Source of the DNA: Ministeria vibrans ATCC 50519
Taxonomy: Eukaryota; Protista; Filasterea
DNA length: 64,000 bases
Assembly (NCBI GenBank): GCA_943704425.1
Contig: CALSCP010000388.1
Coordinates: 64,131 to 128,130 of the forward strand
Direction: 5' to 3'
The notes beneath the pieces are model-generated. The model made no database searches. It saw nothing but the letters and a program-made list of their open reading frames with translations, and was not told the origin of the DNA. The translations under genes and the position numbers were made by a program. Positions 61,205 through 64,000 of this stretch are shown piece by piece (positions within the stretch are counted from its first letter, which is position 1; every line of letters begins with the position of its first letter).

Positions 61205-62738
61205 TTAGGGGTTGTAACAGGCGCCCGGAGACCCAGAGGGGAGCACAGTGATCCAGTAGGACTCTTGCAGCTGCGGAGGCTAAACACAAAGAGGGAGAGA
61301 GAGCGCGAGAGAGTCAGCGAGGAGGGAATAAGAAACACAACCAGAGAAGAGAGACGAGGGAGAAAGAAAGAAAGTGATAGAAAGAGGGTGGAGAGGACAC
61401 AAAGTGATTAAAAAGAGATGGGGAGTGTGTGTGATGCAAGTTCGCGTACGCCCATCGTAAGTGGATCGTTGCTGCTATCAAAGTCTGCCTGCACTCCGTT
61501 CATGAAGAGTCGGCTGCTGTTAAGCGCACTGTCCGTGGTGAATGTCTGTGCCGGAATCACAAGGTTGTCGCCGCAGAAGTAGGGATCTGAAGTGCATAAA
61601 AAATTCCTCAGATGATAAATATTTACAAGGCAATATTAAAAGCTGCTCTTTACCTTCTTCACCCAAACAGTTTGCGGTCACAGCAATGCCACACTTGGTG
61701 TAGCCACTACCATCGTTGCCTCCAAAGTTCCACAAGTTTAGGGCAAACTCCTCGCAAACAAGGAGGCCCTCGGCGCAACCGGCCGCGCCACGACTGGATT
61801 TGGTCAGACAGAGGCTCTCGTCGATGGGATAGTTGGACAGGGGCACAATGTAATCGGGCAGTTGGGGATCGCACGACATGCAGTACAACTTGGCCCAGGG
61901 ATGGTCGCGCGCATCACCGCGAATCTGGCAGCCACGACCAAGCGAGTCGCCTGAAGAGACGTACAAGAAGAGAGAGAGAGGAAAAAGAGAAGAGAGAGAG
62001 TGGAGAAAGAGAGAGAGAAAGAGAGAGGAGAAAGAGAGAGAGAAAGAGAGAGAGAAGGAAACAAAGTGATAGAGACAGAAAGGAGAGAGAAAGAAACAAA
62101 GTGATAGTGAGAGAGACGCAAAAAAGACGGTCAACACCACACACATACTCACACACACTCACTCCACCACAACCCCCATTGCTTGGCTTCGCTCCCCTTA
62201 CCACCCATAAGTGCATAGAAGAGCTCTTCGCTCTCCTGATCCATCTGGGGAATGCAGCATGCCTTGGACTGGAAGCGGTCGCAGAAGCGAAGTCCGTAGG
62301 GCTGAAGGAGAGACGCAGAAGCGGATTAGCACACACCATGGGGGTAGATTCAAGTCGGTGGAGGGTCCACAGAGAGTTGGACACACTGTGGTGGTCAACA
62401 AAACGGCTTCTCAGCGCTGTTTGAGCGCGCAGGAGAGGCGAGAAGACAAAACAAAAAAAAGAAGAGAGAGAAAAAAAAGGAAAAAAGTAACCACAGAGGA
62501 AGAAGAAGAGAAAGGATACCTCGGACGGGGGCGCATCCAGGTTGGGACAGTCACCAGCAGCACGTCGACTCCGCCCGCGCGCGGCATAGTGCCTGCGCAC
62601 CGCAAAGGAGCGCTCGCTCGACGACTGAGCGGACGGATCGCCATTCCACGCTCTGGTCGCCACAAACACCGTCCCAATGACCACAAAGGCCATGCAGTAC
62701 ACGCCGATCGTCATATTCCACGAGGCCCCGCGACGCAT
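61205..62738 (-). CDS. Uncharacterised type II membrane/secreted Cys-rich protein (multi-exon)
   Basis: Signal anchor IGVYCMAFVVIGTVFVAT; in-frame exons rich in Cys/Gly ending PGACYNP*. Confidence 0.6.
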
Positions 62739-63036
62739 GACGAATTGTTTTAAAAGTTGTGTGAAGTTGAAGTGAATGACTGAATGACTATGTTTGTTGT
62801 GACTGAATTGTTGGGAATTCGAATATAACCCCTTCTGCAAATTGATCACACGTCTCAGCGTATGACCAAGAGCCAAGCGTGCGGCGTCGACCATTCACAG
62901 CGCCGATCAATCAGAAAAGTGAAAGCAAGCGTGACGACGACGACGAATGGCGAGACTACCTCCAGACTCCCGTTACCCTACTCAATAGGAAAGTCGAGAG
63001 TACATTCAAATGTTACATTTTGCCACTGCCACCAGC

Positions 63037-64000
63037 TCACTCGGTGGCACTGGAAGTGGCGGCGGTGAGAGAGGGAAAGTCAGAATCAAGAAGAAAAAAC
63101 TCGCGTTCAGCCGAAGTCGCAAGCTCGTCAATGAAACCAAACCAGTATATAACCAGACCAGGACCAAACCGATTGTGATATGCATAGTACTGCGGAAGGT
63201 ACTGTCGGTGGCTGTAGGCGTCACCAAACGTCGCCTTGCTCTCGATCCAGTTGACTATTCCGCGATTGTGTGGCAGCACAATGGGAACCTGTACAAACGA
63301 ATACAACACTAGTCAGTCCCTCGCTTTCGACTGTGTGTGCGTTGCAGACCTCCAGTTTGACGTCGGGTGTCTTGGGGTATCCTTTGAGGCGCATTTCGTC
63401 TTCGGTAATAAACGGTATTTCGTTGACTCGCAACTTTTCGTACAGCACAAATTCATACTCGAGACCCAAACTCCTGCAAAAAATAATGGATTAATTCTCT
63501 TTTTTTTTTTCTGTGTAAGTCGTACGCTCGAACTTTAGTCACGAGAGGAGAGTAATTGTCATCGGCACGCACACACTCGGCAATCTCCCAATTGAGCCGC
63601 GCAGCTTGGTCGCTCCACGACATCTCCGCCTGCCGCACCTTCCCTGCATCGTCCTCGTCTTCTGTCGTCCGCGCATCCTTCTCGTCTCTCTCTTGTGCCC
63701 ACTCTAAGAGAGCGGCCGGATCGCGCATTGCGCGGTTCACGCGGTTCTTCACGTCTCGGCCATCTACATACAGTTGCAAACGTAAACAAACAGCAGGCAT
63801 GCCTCGCAGCAGCCACGCTCTAGGCCCGACCTTCGTGCGACTGAAAGAACAGGGTGACAACCTGGCGTGCCAGTAGACACGGCGCCAAATTGATGGTCTC
63901 GGCAATGCGCACGAGCACGGCATCGTCGCAGTCGCGGTCTGCCGCAACGCCCTCGCGATACTGTGCAAAGTACTCGTGTGCGCGCGTCTTGTGTCGTCCA
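63037..64000 (-). CDS. CDIN1: CDIN1/C15orf41 homologue (TPD, PD-(D/E)XK-like nuclease fold); 5' end outside the window, 3' end approximate
   Basis: [53 protein letters not shown]. Confidence 0.92.

Overview
Gene-dense nuclear DNA from a eukaryote, probably a flagellated protist (SPAG16/PF20 present). It has short GT-AG introns, GC-rich exons, AT- or microsatellite-rich introns, standard genetic code and three N gaps. About 26 genes were reconstructed by reading splice sites by eye. Recognisable ones: ERG24-type sterol reductase (partial), SPAG16, RRN3, FOXRED1, DEK, three related AMPK-family kinases with a CPE motif, a bacterial-type TrmH, an SGNH/TBL-like O-acyl enzyme, a golgin-84-like protein, an F-box/Kelch protein, POLR3B/RPC2, CDT1, a prominin-like protein and CDIN1 (partial). 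Best candidate for a new system: a ~1,290-aa protein (39627-43647, minus) that fuses a papain/Josephin-like Cys protease, a ThiF/E1-like adenylation domain and a SelO-like pseudokinase, transcribed divergently from a Zn2Cys6 transcription factor. Second: a two-TM protein resembling the animal BK-channel beta subunit (KCNMB). A kinase gene and RPC2 are each split in two and interleaved at poly-T tracts and N gaps; the simplest explanation is a chimeric assembly. All family calls rest on motifs recognised from memory, with no database searches.
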